Below, in pieces: positions 10,226 to 21,071 of a stretch of 64,000 bases of DNA (within the stretch, counting starts at the first letter, position 1; every line of letters starts with the position of its first letter). The DNA lies in IMG/VR virus record IMGVR_UViG_3300009082_000017, positions 1-64,000 of that record, one strand, 5' to 3'. Source of the stretch: a virus. The notes under the pieces were generated by a model. The model worked only from the letters and a program-made list of their open reading frames with translations, had not been told where the DNA came from and did not search any database. A program made the position numbers and the translations under genes.

Positions 10226-13200
10226 TTATGTTATAAAACTACTCGCATTACGAGTTATACCAGTTCTACGAAGTGCATCAACAGTCGTTTGCATTATCAT
10301 ATCTTTCATAGCAGGAATAGCATTTTTGTCTAAAGAACCTTGAACAATAATATCGCCAATACTTACAGATATATCTCCATTACCGCCAACACCCTTATTT
10401 TCAAAAGATAACGGTGAAGTATTAGTATTCTTCATGATACTAGAGAATAATGAAGCAAGAGGAGCAATTGAATTTTGTTGTGATCGATTAATGGCGATAC
10501 CTAATTCACCTGGGGCAACGGGTAATAATCTAGAATCAGCATTAGAAGAAGTTCCTAACACCTCAAATGAACCACCAGAAGCAAGACCGATTACTCCATT
10601 TCCATTTAAATCTCTTTTTGCTGCACTTTCAGCGGCACCAATAGTGGTTCTGGAATAATTATATCCTGTTGGGCCAATCACACTTGTTCCCCCTGTGGGT
10701 TGTGTATATCCTCCACTCCCGCCACTAGCATTAGACATTTTCCCCAAAGCATCAATCATTTCATTGATTTTTGCAATCATAGCGTCAAAGCCAGAAATCA
10801 TAGTATTTATTCCAGATATTTGCATATCTATCATTTTTTCAAATGCTTCAGCTTCACGATCTAATGCTTCAATTTGGATATCATAAGTCCTGTCAGCTTG
10901 ATATTCTGCAATATCCGCTGTTTTTTCTGCACGTTCTTCTTCAAGTTCAAGACGACGAGCATTCGCTTCTTCACTATTATCAAACTGAAGTTGTAGGAGT
11001 TCATTGTCAATATCTGCAAGTTCTTTATTTTTGTCAGCAAGTTCTTTTTGATAGTCATCTTCTTCTTTTGTTAAACGAAGAGATTCTTTTTTTGCATCTA
11101 TAAGGTCATTATAAGCATCTTTTCGGGCTTCAAGAGCATCTATTTCCGCTTGTGCTGATTTTTTTTGGGCATTATATGCCTTTATTTCTAATTCATATGA
11201 TTCTTTTTTTGCATTATTTAGCTTTTCTTGAGCAGATACCCCCGAACCTCCACCAACAGAAGGAATAGAAACATTAACACTCATAGCAGCGAATGTTCTT
11301 AGTAACCCTTGCAATCTTGCTGTTTCTTCTGACGCTAAATTAGCAGTTACTATCATAGAATTTGCAAGAATATAATTTCCATTTGCGGCAGCAACAGCAG
11401 CACTTGCTAAACCATATTTTGTAAACTCATTTATCATTTCTGCTTGAGTCGCTGCTCTTGCAGCTTCAGCATCAAAAATATATCCATCTGCTGTTTGTAT
11501 TAAATACATAGCCAAATCAGCATTTGAAGAAATTAAATCTAAAGCAGTTGCATTAGATATTTGTCCATTTTTTGCTTGTTCTTCTGCTGCTTTTGCCACA
11601 GCATCCATGGATGAGGTTAGGGATTCGGAAGAAGCGACGAGGTCATCTGTTGATTGAATTTCTTCTTCATTTTCTGAAATTGTATCTCTTTGGGCAAATA
11701 TTGCATCAGTCCTTGATCTCTCTACGTCTCTTTGCGAAGACTCAAACAAATTAGTAAGTTCTTCGCCAAAATCTCCCGTATTGGCAAGAATTTTCATTAA
11801 TTCAGATTGCTGATCTTCAGTAAAATTACCCCAATTTGCAGCGACATCTGTTAAAAACTTTGAATTTTCTGATTTTAATGTTGCTATTTTTTCTTTATAA
11901 TTATCTATTTGCTCAGAAGTAAGCGCTCCACCACCAGCTACGGCACTTCTTCCAGAACTTAATATACCACTATAAAGATTTATATCTGTTGCATTCTGTT
12001 CATATGCTGTTGCACCTTGCTTGATTTCTTTCTTAGTTTGCAAAAATAAAAGTTCTTGTTCCGCATCTATTTGTTGTTGAAGCAAATCAAGATATGATTG
12101 ATTACTAGATAATGCTTCATCAGATATGATAAAATTACCAGATTGATCATAATATCCTGCAATTTGTGGCAATAAATCTTTTAATTGGTTTTGAACATCT
12201 AAGAATTTTTGTTGTTCTTCTGTTGTACGATTAGAATTTTCTTCTAACTTTTTAAATTCTTCAGACAAATCTTTAATCAATTGAGTATTAGATTTTAATT
12301 CCTCTAGTCTAGCAGTAGTATCAGATATTTTTTGCATCGTATTTTCTAAACGACTTGATGCATTGCCCATAGAAGAAATAGCTAATACAATTCCTGCAAT
12401 AATTAGACTTAAACCTGCTGTTGCAACAGCTACTTCTGCTGCGGTTGCAGCCGCTCCCGTTGATATTACAGTAAACATAAGTCTTAAACTAGAAACAACA
12501 CTAGAAATCCCACCAACAATAGATTTAAAATTAAGAGAAACAAAAGCACCACCCAACACTAGCACAAGTGGAATTAATCCTCCAATTTTGTCTATGCTAT
12601 TAGCTATTGCTGCTGATAAATTATAGAAAAATTTTATGACATCATTATTGATGGTTTTTTGCCATACGGCTTCCCATGATGCTTTTGATTTATTTGCAGC
12701 GGCTTCGATTGACTCTAAATAAATTTGATATCTTTCGGTTGCTTGTCCCGCAGCAGTTGTTTGCATTGTTTGTTGTTCAAGAACTACATTGTAGTTTGAC
12801 ATCAAGGTAAGAAAGTTTTCTCTTTGCCGAACCCCCGCTAATGCGTTGGCAATTGCCGACTGTTCTAGTTCATTATACGTAGACCACTTAGATGCAACTT
12901 CATCGAAAACATCTCCCATTGGTCTAAAACTAGTAGCAGTATCTCGTATTTTTACATTTACTAACGATAGTGCTTTTTCAACATCATTAATGTTTGTTGC
13001 ATCGTCCTCAAACATTTTTCCAAGTTTAATATTGCTATACCTGGCGAACATGGTTTTAAAACTTTCCCCGATTGATTCCAGACTGTTACTTTTATGACTA
13101 TCCTATTAAATAGAATAGCGGAAAAGGTTCTTCTATAAGTGTCTTTACACTTGACCTTTTCTCACGCATTTTATTTATAAACTATTGTGCGTGTTCAGAC

Positions 13201-15845
13201 TGTTTCACTCCCATCTTTTAAAATGGGATTCTCTTGTTTCAGTCGTTAACGGTGTAATATAATCATATTATTTCAAAGTAAGGAATTAATAAATCTTGGT
13301 TTATATTTAAAGAATTATCCTGTAAATTATAATTCATAGAATGAAAATTATTAATATCTCCATTCTTTTCTATAAACAACTTAATTAATTTCTCACACAA
13401 AAAAGGATTCTTGCATATATCATATTCCCATAAATATAATATAAAAATACCTTTTTCTATTGCTTTATATTTCTTTCTTTTATCTCTATCTATCGTGTTC
13501 TCTTGAATTTCGCTTACCACCTTATCATATTTTCTTATGTCCATGTGATAAAATGTTCCCATTACCTCTATAGCCAAACAAGTATTTTCTATAAAACAAT
13601 CAAGAGAAAATCTTCCCATCGGCTTTTCTATATCAAAGTCAATATCGTTTTTATCAAGGATTGAACAAATATCTCTATGTGGTTTTGTTAAAGATGCCTT
13701 TTGCCCTATAAATTTACATTTTCTAGAACAATATTTTTGAATCTCGAAAGATTTTGGAGTGCCAATCATTGGATTGCCACAAGTTTCACAAAGTTTTATT
13801 CTTTCCTCGTCTGTTATATCAAATTTATATGATGGATGATTTTTCCCACTTCGATATATTCTTTGCCATATTGCCTGACATTCATAAGAACAAAATCTTA
13901 ATTTATCACCTTTTTTACAATAAAATTCTTTATTGCAAGTTTCGCAGTTTCTAGTATCGTTGGCTTGCTCTATTCTAAAATTACTTTCACATTCTATTGA
14001 GCAAAAAAAGTTATCTCGTTTTAAACTTCTAGGTCTTTCTATTTCTTTATTACAAAAAGAACAATTCACTATTTTCCTCGGCCCATTAACAGTATTATAT
14101 ATTCTTTTACATTCCAATGTACAGAAAAAATGTCTTTTGTGAATTTGATCAAACTCTTTATTACACTGTTTACAACTATATTTTATTCCTATCCCTATTT
14201 TATTTTTATGAAGGACAACACAAGATTGGCTACAGTAATGATTTTCATCATTTAAATTAGGATTGTCTGATAATATTTTTGTAAACGGCTTACCGCAATT
14301 ATTACAAATCAAATTATATTCATGCTTTATAGGATTTTTTGCATAATACTTTCGATTACAATTCGGGCTACAAAAAACTTTTGTTTGATCCCTAGATTCA
14401 AATTCTATATTACAATTTTTACAATTAAATTTATACAATTCGTTTTTGTGATCTCGAACATAGTATGCCCCACAATTTTTAGAGCAATATATTTTCTTAT
14501 TATTCGTTGTTGTAAATTCTTTATTGCAATATTTACAATTTCTAGTCTCTTCTTCCATCTATATTCCTTTTATTTTTTATTTTTATATGATTATATTACT
14601 TCCGCTTCGTTGCCCAGTTTTAGGGTTTTCGAAACATCTTGCCTTTATGGGAGACAAGAATCATTAAAGAGAATTTTCATTATGGTTTATTTATTATACC
14701 ACAATGCTCCAAATTTGTCAAGGGTTTGAACCTTAACAAAACATAGAGGATTTACGGGTCACGCTTGAAACGGTTCCAATGTAAGAAATTAATTCTTCCA
14801 AACTCACACCAACTTGTTGTGCGGAGTTTGCAGAACGCTTCATTCCTTCTGCTAATTCAGCTACCGACGTTGCTGAGTTGTTGTCAACAACCGTTAATTT
14901 ATCGAGAACGCCTATCATATCTTCGGCTGATAGTTTAAATCCTGCCATAATAGCAGTTAAATATTCTGATGCTTGGGCCGATTCCATATTTGCAAGTTTG
15001 CTCATCATCATAGAGTCGGCAATAAGCTTATTTGTTTCTTGTACCGTTTTGCCTTGTCTGATAAACTCCAAACTACCTTTTGTCACTTCTAATGTGGTGA
15101 CTCCATATTCTTTAGCCATTGCATTAAATTCAGTCGCCATCCCAGACAATTGATCCGTCGTTTGCCCAGTTACCACACCAATATTAGTCATTTCTTCATT
15201 TAAATCTTTAATATATTGTATGCCTTCTTGAATTTTCTTTAAACTTCCATACAATATGCCAGTTGCAACACCCCAAAGAGCAATTTTACCTATAGCTTTA
15301 CCAATACTAGAAACAAAATTATCAGTCGAGGTTGTTGTGGTTCTAAGACCTTCATTTGTTTTGCGAATATTCCCTTCAAACTTATTCATTTCAGATGAAA
15401 CGTTCGCAAATCCTGTTTTGCCAGTAGCAAGAGCACCGACAAGATTTTGCATATGTGCTTCTTGCGCAATAATTCCTTCTGTTTTAAATGCATCAACATT
15501 AGTCGCTCTTAAAGTTTGAAGCTTAGTGGTAAGAGTTCCAACAGCAGTATTGACTCTCGCCAATTCAGCAGCAGACATAACATATTTTCCATTGCTTGCG
15601 CTTCCCCCACTAGGAGTTCCCCCACTAGATGTTCCACTCGTACTTGAAGTTCCTGCTCCACTCATACCACTACTAATAGCAGCACTTATCTGCATCTTAA
15701 TATTATTCAAAGCAGTTGGATCTATTTTTACATTACTAATATTTAAAACAATAGATTTTTGGATACTATTAATAGAATTTTGAACAGAGCCTTTTGTAGA
15801 CTCTGCGTCTAATTTCGCTTTTAAAAGAATACTATATTCACTCAT
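10226..15845 (-). CDS. Tail tape measure protein, spliced: exons 15845-14745 and 13078-10226, about 1317 aa
   Basis: Exon 1 has TP901-type TMP motifs (DLNEEMTNIGVVT, DNNSATSVAELAEGMKR) and ends ..VTRKSS. Exon 2 resumes in frame ESIGESFKTMFARYSNIK, restoring the continuous TMP motif. Confidence 0.9.
13263..14558 (-). CDS. Intron-encoded homing endonuclease: tandem zinc-finger repeats + C-terminal Vsr/DUF559-like PD-(D/E)XK nuclease
   Basis: About 7 CxxC...(F/Y)CSxxC repeats, then EKPMGRFSLDCF...AIEVMGTFYH...DKRK...ILYLWE; located in the intron P6 loop. Confidence 0.8.
   Translation of the reverse strand: MEEETRNCKYCNKEFTTTNNKKIYCSKNCGAYYVRDHKNELYKFNCKNCNIEFESRDQTKVFCSPNCNRKYYAKNPIKHEYNLICNNCGKPFTKILSDNPNLNDENHYCSQSCVVLHKNKIGIGIKYSCKQCNKEFDQIHKRHFFCTLECKRIYNTVNGPRKIVNCSFCNKEIERPRSLKRDNFFCSIECESNFRIEQANDTRNCETCNKEFYCKKGDKLRFCSYECQAIWQRIYRSGKNHPSYKFDITDEERIKLCETCGNPMIGTPKSFEIQKYCSRKCKFIGQKASLTKPHRDICSILDKNDIDFDIEKPMGRFSLDCFIENTCLAIEVMGTFYHMDIRKYDKVVSEIQENTIDRDKRKKYKAIEKGIFILYLWEYDICKNPFLCEKLIKLFIEKNGDINNFHSMNYNLQDNSLNINQDLLIPYFEII
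14693..14721 (-). promoter_or_regulatory. Sigma70-type promoter inside the 5' end of the intron, pointing at the endonuclease ORF
   Basis: TTGACA-17 nt-TATAAT with extended -10 TG. Confidence 0.75.
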
Positions 15846-15908
15846 ATTTTATATACACCTCCTTCTTGCGCAAGAAAGCGCATATTAGTTATTTAGTTTG
15901 TTGAATTA

Positions 15909-16943
15909 TTACTCCACTTTATCTTGTTTGTCCAGATGATCTTTTAGTTTACTTAATTCTTTCCATTCACGTGACTTTCCATCCAGATCATTATAAATTT
16001 TGTACATGGCTTCTCCAGACTTCCATCCCATAATTTCAATTATTAAGTCAGTAGGTAATCCAATTCTAGTCAAAAATGTAACCGTATAATGTCTCATTGA
16101 ATGCATGTAAATATCAATACCTAAAAATTTTTCCCACAGAGGAATCCAATATCTGATATTATCTATACTCGCCGCATCACCATTTTGATCAATAAAAATA
16201 CAATTATGTTCTTTACTATTTTCTTTCATTATTTTTTCACGTTCAGGAAGCCATAATTCGTAATAAGGCATAAATAAATCTTTGATAATATATTTAAACT
16301 TCATATCACCAGTTTTTGTTCTGCCTTTTGTTTTAATTTGTTTAAGTGTCTCGATAAAAATATCAGAGTAAGCCAAATGTGTAGGATCAATCAAATCCGT
16401 AGTAATCCGTAATAATTCGCTTATCCTTGCTCCACTAGCGATAGCAAGCGCAATGACACAACTTTCTTGGAATCTTTTTTCTTCCACTAGTTGTTTCAAT
16501 AATTTATTTATTTGTTCTCCCGACAATACCGTTTTTTCTCTAGCAATAGCTTTAGGCATCGTTTGAACTGCTTTTAAAATAATATTTTTATATGTCGGAT
16601 ATTCATCATCCATCACGCGCTCGATATAATTGGATAAACTTGATAATACACTTCTCATCCTATTAAATCTAGCAGATCCTTTCCATTCTAACTTGTTGAC
16701 ACAGAAGGAAAAGAATTGTGAAAATTCCATCTTGCGAATATCAATAAAAAATTTATTATCTAAAGTATCTAAAACATATGAAAAAAATATCGTCAAATCT
16801 GAGCGATATCCGCTTACGGTTTCAGAAGAGCATCTTGTATCTTTTTCATCTAAAAATGATTCCATTAATCTCTTATTTTTTTCACTTACCTTCTCCCATT
16901 TTTCAGGAGAAGTAATTATATTTTTATCTGTATGCCTTGACAT
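15909..16943 (-). CDS. Tyrosine recombinase (integrase/XerD family) embedded in the tail module
   Basis: Complete catalytic set: R (SGARISEL), K (KTKG), HxxR (HSMRH), W (IMGW), Y (KIYND); N-terminal core-binding domain (TVSGYRSDL). Confidence 0.88.
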   Translation of the reverse strand: MSRHTDKNIITSPEKWEKVSEKNKRLMESFLDEKDTRCSSETVSGYRSDLTIFFSYVLDTLDNKFFIDIRKMEFSQFFSFCVNKLEWKGSARFNRMRSVLSSLSNYIERVMDDEYPTYKNIILKAVQTMPKAIAREKTVLSGEQINKLLKQLVEEKRFQESCVIALAIASGARISELLRITTDLIDPTHLAYSDIFIETLKQIKTKGRTKTGDMKFKYIIKDLFMPYYELWLPEREKIMKENSKEHNCIFIDQNGDAASIDNIRYWIPLWEKFLGIDIYMHSMRHYTVTFLTRIGLPTDLIIEIMGWKSGEAMYKIYNDLDGKSREWKELSKLKDHLDKQDKVE

Positions 16944-17014
16944 TTATTTATTATTCCTTTCTTCTTTCAAATCTCCCCATATAGATACTAAATAAAAAAC
17001 TCACGCCAATGAAA

Positions 17015-17482
17015 TCATAGTTTCATTAGATTTTTCTCAATTAGTAGACAAGTGCCTATGCAACACGCATCCGATTGATCTTCGTCATCAAACTTTAACG
17101 TTGGGAATTTTTTTGAAATTATTTCTTGCAATTGTGTTTTACTTGTTTTCCCACTACCACCAACAATTTTCTTGACGCTAGACGGTGCGAATGCCCTGAC
17201 TTCACAATCATAAAAAATGTAATCGCATAGGCCGCGAACCCTGTACAAAACTTGTGTCGATACCATGTGTCTTGAAAACCCAGATTCTAACGCAATCAGA
17301 TGTGTTTCATATTTCTTTCTTAAATCCAATAATACATCTGCTATTATTTTCAGCCTCTTGCCATGTTCTCCGTCTTTTTGAGAAGTGGCTACGCTAATTG
17401 CTTCAATCGGATTTCCATTAATATCAAAAATACAAATTCCAAAATTGCTTAAAGAAGGGTCTAACCCAAATATATACTCCAT
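17015..17482 (-). CDS. ruvC: RuvC-like Holliday junction resolvase
   Basis: IFGLDPSLSNFG, IALES, PSSVKKIVGGSGKTSK, DQSDACCIG. Confidence 0.85.
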   Translation of the reverse strand: MEYIFGLDPSLSNFGICIFDINGNPIEAISVATSQKDGEHGKRLKIIADVLLDLRKKYETHLIALESGFSRHMVSTQVLYRVRGLCDYIFYDCEVRAFAPSSVKKIVGGSGKTSKTQLQEIISKKFPTLKFDDEDQSDACCIGTCLLIEKNLMKL

Positions 17483-17566
17483 AAAATCCTTTCAATCCAT
17501 CTTAAAAAGTTAGGCAGACATAAATGAATATGTCTGCCTCATTCCATAAATTAATACAAATATTGC

Positions 17567-17746
17567 TTAACCAGCACGTTTTTCCGCAGCATCTTCGGCT
17601 GCAATAGCGCCAATAAGCACAATTAAAACACCATCAATTGATTGCCAAACAGTCGCAGGAAACTCAGGTACAAACTGAAACAAAATCGTTTGTGCCATCG
17701 CCAAAATTGCCAACCAAAACTTACGTGATTTCAATAAACTTGCCAT
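17567..17746 (-). CDS. Small holin-like membrane protein (59 aa, absent from the ORF track)
   Basis: MASLLKSRKFWLAILAMAQTILFQFVPEFPATVWQSIDGVLIVLIGAIAAEDAAEKRAG; SRKFW holin-type start, two hydrophobic helices; AAGGAG SD; hairpin at 17513-17539. Confidence 0.7.
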   Translation of the reverse strand: MASLLKSRKFWLAILAMAQTILFQFVPEFPATVWQSIDGVLIVLIGAIAAEDAAEKRAG

Positions 17747-17784
17747 TTTTATTATTCTCCTTCTTAAAATATAAAATTAAATTA

Positions 17785-18282
17785 TTAACCTCGTATAAAC
17801 GAGATTCCATGTAAAATCATTATCTTCTCTAACTGATTATCAAATTCTCCATTATTTATTGCGTTTTCCACCTCAGTCCAATAATCTCTACGCACAGAGG
17901 CTGCTCCCCCAAAATCATAACTTCCCGTATTTGCTTCCGCAATAAATTTATCCATGTATTCTCTACGATCTTCAACACTATTACCATGCTGATGCTCATC
18001 AGGATTATATTCCATCATTGAAGGAACCATGGATATATTATTGGTGATTATATTTCCTACAAGATCAGTAACTTCTTTCGCCCAAGCTCCTATAAAACCA
18101 CCATCAAAACCAAGACGTTTATAGGCATCTGTTTCTGGATATCTATATACATTTTTAAAAATAGACTCTTGGACTCTTTCAACTACCCACTGAGACATAT
18201 CATCAATAACTTTTTTTAAGTCTTCACCAATTATTTTTAGGAGCATCGCGTCGTTTGTTATAAATTGGTCTGACATCGACAA
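17785..18282 (-). CDS. Hypothetical tail-region protein (possibly HK97 gp10-like)
   Basis: About 165 aa in the tail operon; GGAGG SD. Confidence 0.45.
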   Translation of the reverse strand: MSMSDQFITNDAMLLKIIGEDLKKVIDDMSQWVVERVQESIFKNVYRYPETDAYKRLGFDGGFIGAWAKEVTDLVGNIITNNISMVPSMMEYNPDEHQHGNSVEDRREYMDKFIAEANTGSYDFGGAASVRRDYWTEVENAINNGEFDNQLEKIMILHGISFIRG

Positions 18283-18481
18283 CCTCCTTTATTTCAACCT
18301 TATTATTATTTCTTTTGTCTGTTATATCCTCCCTATAACCACATTCGTCACAAATCCTGAATGTTTCAACATAGCTCGCTCCATTTTCATCGTTTACTAC
18401 GTCAATAATTTTCATATCATCACAATCACAATCAGGGCATCTATGTTTAACCCACTTTCTAAACTTCTCTTTTACAGTCAT
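18224..18481 (-). CDS. Small zinc-ribbon protein
   Basis: CPDC...CDECGY. Confidence 0.55.
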   Translation of the reverse strand: MTVKEKFRKWVKHRCPDCDCDDMKIIDVVNDENGASYVETFRICDECGYREDITDKRNNNKVEIKEVVDVRPIYNKRRDAPKNNW

Positions 18482-18513
18482 AATCTCTCTATCATGTCCA
18501 TGAAATCTTGATT

Positions 18514-19065
18514 TTATTGAATTGGCTGTATTGGTTCAATAGGTTTATCAATGCCATTAGGGAAAAAAGTTGCAAGTTGTTTTAATTCTGGAGCAAGCAC
18601 AGTGGCTATTTTCTGAACTCCATCAACAGACCAATCTAATTTTGAAATATTATCAATAAATAATCCTACTTTATCAATCATTTTATTTAACTTTCCTTCC
18701 AAATTTTTTTGCTGTGATATTCTTTCAATATCTCGTTGCAATTCAGAAAAATTAGTAATACAATCTTTTACTCGATACCATGTTCCAGTATTTAAAAGAT
18801 TATTTACAAATTTAATTGCTTTTTTATTACTAGATATTTCAACACGAATATCTGTCATCAAATTAATAACATTGAGAATCAAATTGAATTCCGCTTCTAT
18901 TTGTGAATCAACTGGAGATAAGTCACGTTCTGCAAAGTAAGCATCTAAAATGGCTTGTCTATCTGTAATGTCCAAATATAATTTTACTTGTACCTTTTGT
19001 CCTCCAAAAACAACTTCAACAGTTTCTCTTTCTGGAAATTTAAAATCAACTTTTTTTTCTTTCAT
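18514..19065 (-). CDS. Hypothetical protein (possible tail assembly chaperone)
   Basis: 183 aa between tail tube and TMP; AAGGA SD. Confidence 0.5.
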   Translation of the reverse strand: MKEKKVDFKFPERETVEVVFGGQKVQVKLYLDITDRQAILDAYFAERDLSPVDSQIEAEFNLILNVINLMTDIRVEISSNKKAIKFVNNLLNTGTWYRVKDCITNFSELQRDIERISQQKNLEGKLNKMIDKVGLFIDNISKLDWSVDGVQKIATVLAPELKQLATFFPNGIDKPIEPIQPIQ

Positions 19066-19100
19066 CTTTTCCTTTTTTGTAAATTTTTATAATTTAATTA

Positions 19101-19577
19101 TTATTCGTCTTCATCATCACAAACACTAAAACAATTCGTGTCAAGAGATATATTTTGTAGACCAGCATCAATAGCTTTTTGCGCCAATTCACGATGCTCA
19201 ATTTCTAAGCAATCAATAATTGCATCCCTTTTTGCTATTTGAAGTTTGAGTTTTCGATTATCTCTTTCGAGTTCCGCAACTCTCTTATTTATCTTTACAA
19301 ATTTTTCATCATATGAAGTTATAATGTTGTTAAGGTTTTCATTCATCAACATTAACTTTTCATTTCTTACTGTCAATTTATTAAAAACATCTTCATACTT
19401 ATCAGCAGTTTCTACTTCAATTTTATTTGTTTCTGCCTCAACTTTAATAGCTTCCGCTTTTAATTTTACATTTTCACCTATAAGTTTTTGTCTATCACTT
19501 TTAGAGAAGAATTTAGTCCAAAGAAGGATGAATATTCCAACTAGTGTAGCGACATCTGCAATGCTAAAGTTTTCCAT
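19101..19577 (-). CDS. N-terminally anchored coiled-coil membrane protein (possibly lysis-associated)
   Basis: One N-terminal hydrophobic helix, then a long heptad region. Confidence 0.55.
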   Translation of the reverse strand: MENFSIADVATLVGIFILLWTKFFSKSDRQKLIGENVKLKAEAIKVEAETNKIEVETADKYEDVFNKLTVRNEKLMLMNENLNNIITSYDEKFVKINKRVAELERDNRKLKLQIAKRDAIIDCLEIEHRELAQKAIDAGLQNISLDTNCFSVCDDEDE

Positions 19578-19926
19578 GCATTGTTTGCCCCCTTCTCAGT
19601 TTTATTTTTTGTATTTTTTCTTTTATTAAGTCGGGCAAATAAACCGATTTTTGTTTTCCTAACAACAATAACATTACTAAAAACGATAATGATGGTCGTA
19701 TCCAAGAAGATGTAAATTCATATTTCTTTTCCATAGGAATAAACATCAAAATAGTATACGTGACACACCAATAAAATCCCAATAAGGCATATGCCCATTT
19801 AGACCATGGAGCGTCACTTATACGTCGTTTATAAGATTGTTTAATGGCATCAATAGTATTTACAACTCCTAATACAAAACCACCAAAAATAATTATATAC
19901 CGTAATATTTCTGATATAATATCCAA
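19564..19926 (-). CDS. Three-TM membrane protein (holin-like)
   Basis: Three hydrophobic segments and a basic C-terminus; GGAGG SD. Confidence 0.55.
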   Translation of the reverse strand: MDIISEILRYIIIFGGFVLGVVNTIDAIKQSYKRRISDAPWSKWAYALLGFYWCVTYTILMFIPMEKKYEFTSSWIRPSLSFLVMLLLLGKQKSVYLPDLIKEKIQKIKLRRGQTMHGKL

Positions 19927-19942
19927 GCACTGCCTCCTTTTT

Positions 19943-19972
19943 AAAAATAGGGGAGAGGGTTAGTCTCCCCTA
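19943..19972 (-). terminator. Intrinsic terminator after the tail tube gene
   Basis: TAGGGGAGA/TCTCCCCTA stem followed by a U-run on the minus strand. Confidence 0.7.
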
Positions 19973-19989
19973 GATAGCAATGCTTAGGG

Positions 19990-21042
19990 TTAAGCAGTGA
20001 CGGTAAATGTGATATAATCGTGCAATAGACCATGGGTTGTGTCAACATATGACGCTGTAATAGTCCCATAATTACCTGCGACCATAGACGAACCACAAGT
20101 AACCAATCCAGTATGCAAACCAACATTCACATAAGCAGCAAGAGTGGTTGATCCACTAGTCACAGCATAGGAAGCGGAGGTGGTAAGGTCAGCAGGAATA
20201 TAATTTCCACCACGTAAACCATTCAATGTTAATTGTTTGTTGGCAGGTACACTAGCAGCAGAAAAAGTCAAATCAGGAGTTAGTGCCAAAGCGTATACCG
20301 CAGGATTTCCACCACTAGCAGGAATCCAAATAACATCGGCGTAATATGGATTTCCTGTGCAATCTGAAGAAGCCATTTCCAAGGCAGTTCCTTCAAGCGC
20401 CTGAGTAGAAACACCATTTGCAGTCATACCCAAAGTATAATTACCGCTAACTTGGAATCTAGGAATATGGATGTTAAGATTGTTTGTCAATGTCCCAGTG
20501 TCATCTCTAACCTCAGCAATCAATAAAAGATCAATTACAGAAGGCGGAGTATTAGTTTCAATACGAACTCTATCGGCAGTTGTAGTATAATCATAAAATG
20601 CAGTAACTTTAAGATTTGCACCACCAGATACCGTAATAGTATCTCCAGTAGGCACAACACTTTGAATAGTTCCATCTGCTTCAAAATAAACTTCTACAGT
20701 ATCACTAGTTGGTGTATGATCTAATGTAGCACTACCACTTGCAGAAAGCGTTTTACAATCTGTAGCAAGTGCTGTTACAGAACCATTAAAAATAGTTGTC
20801 CCTGCATTAAGTGATAAAATAGTTGGTGAAAAAGTTGTATCAGTAATCTTGGCATCTACTTTTCTAGAATGTTTATACACAAACAAAATAGGATTCCCGA
20901 TGCCACCACGTACCACGGCTTCTTCAGTAGTTACAGTTAAAGCAGTTTCAAGATTAAAAGTACCATATCCTAAACCTGCTTTTGTATTGGGATCGCGGAG
21001 AACCGCTTTGCCCGTACTTACAAGAAATTCTTTATTTGACAT
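19990..21042 (-). CDS. Major tail tube protein (SPbeta-like) with C-terminal Ig-like extension
   Basis: FLVSTGKA, VRGGIGNPIL..YKHS, IHIPRFQVSG..LGMTANGVST..LEGTAL; strong SD; own terminator. Confidence 0.7.
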   Translation of the reverse strand: MSNKEFLVSTGKAVLRDPNTKAGLGYGTFNLETALTVTTEEAVVRGGIGNPILFVYKHSRKVDAKITDTTFSPTILSLNAGTTIFNGSVTALATDCKTLSASGSATLDHTPTSDTVEVYFEADGTIQSVVPTGDTITVSGGANLKVTAFYDYTTTADRVRIETNTPPSVIDLLLIAEVRDDTGTLTNNLNIHIPRFQVSGNYTLGMTANGVSTQALEGTALEMASSDCTGNPYYADVIWIPASGGNPAVYALALTPDLTFSAASVPANKQLTLNGLRGGNYIPADLTTSASYAVTSGSTTLAAYVNVGLHTGLVTCGSSMVAGNYGTITASYVDTTHGLLHDYITFTVTA

Positions 21043-21071
21043 AGATTATTTCTCCTTTTCTAATAATTGTT

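Larger units (their letters stand above)
13079..14744 (-). mobile_element. Group I self-splicing intron (1666 nt) in the tape-measure gene
   Basis: The 5' exon ends in U and the intron ends in G. P7 GACUG (13244-40)/CAGUC (13202-198) in CGUUAACGACUG...ACAGUCUGAAC context; P3 AUUCUCUU (14674-67)/AAGAGAAU (13235-28); P8 UCCCAU/AUGGGA; IGS GGAGCAUU pairs with exon AAUCCUCU giving the G.U splice pair. Confidence 0.88.

Noticed and set aside
14663-14680. Near-match to the 18-bp palindrome (ATTAAA-gagaat-TTTCAT) inside the intron
   Set aside because: It has one mismatch and coincides with the intron P3 strand, so it was not counted.
10226-15845. Two separate tape-measure genes or a pseudogene, as the ORF track suggests
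   Set aside because: Group I core elements and exact in-frame rejoining explain the break.
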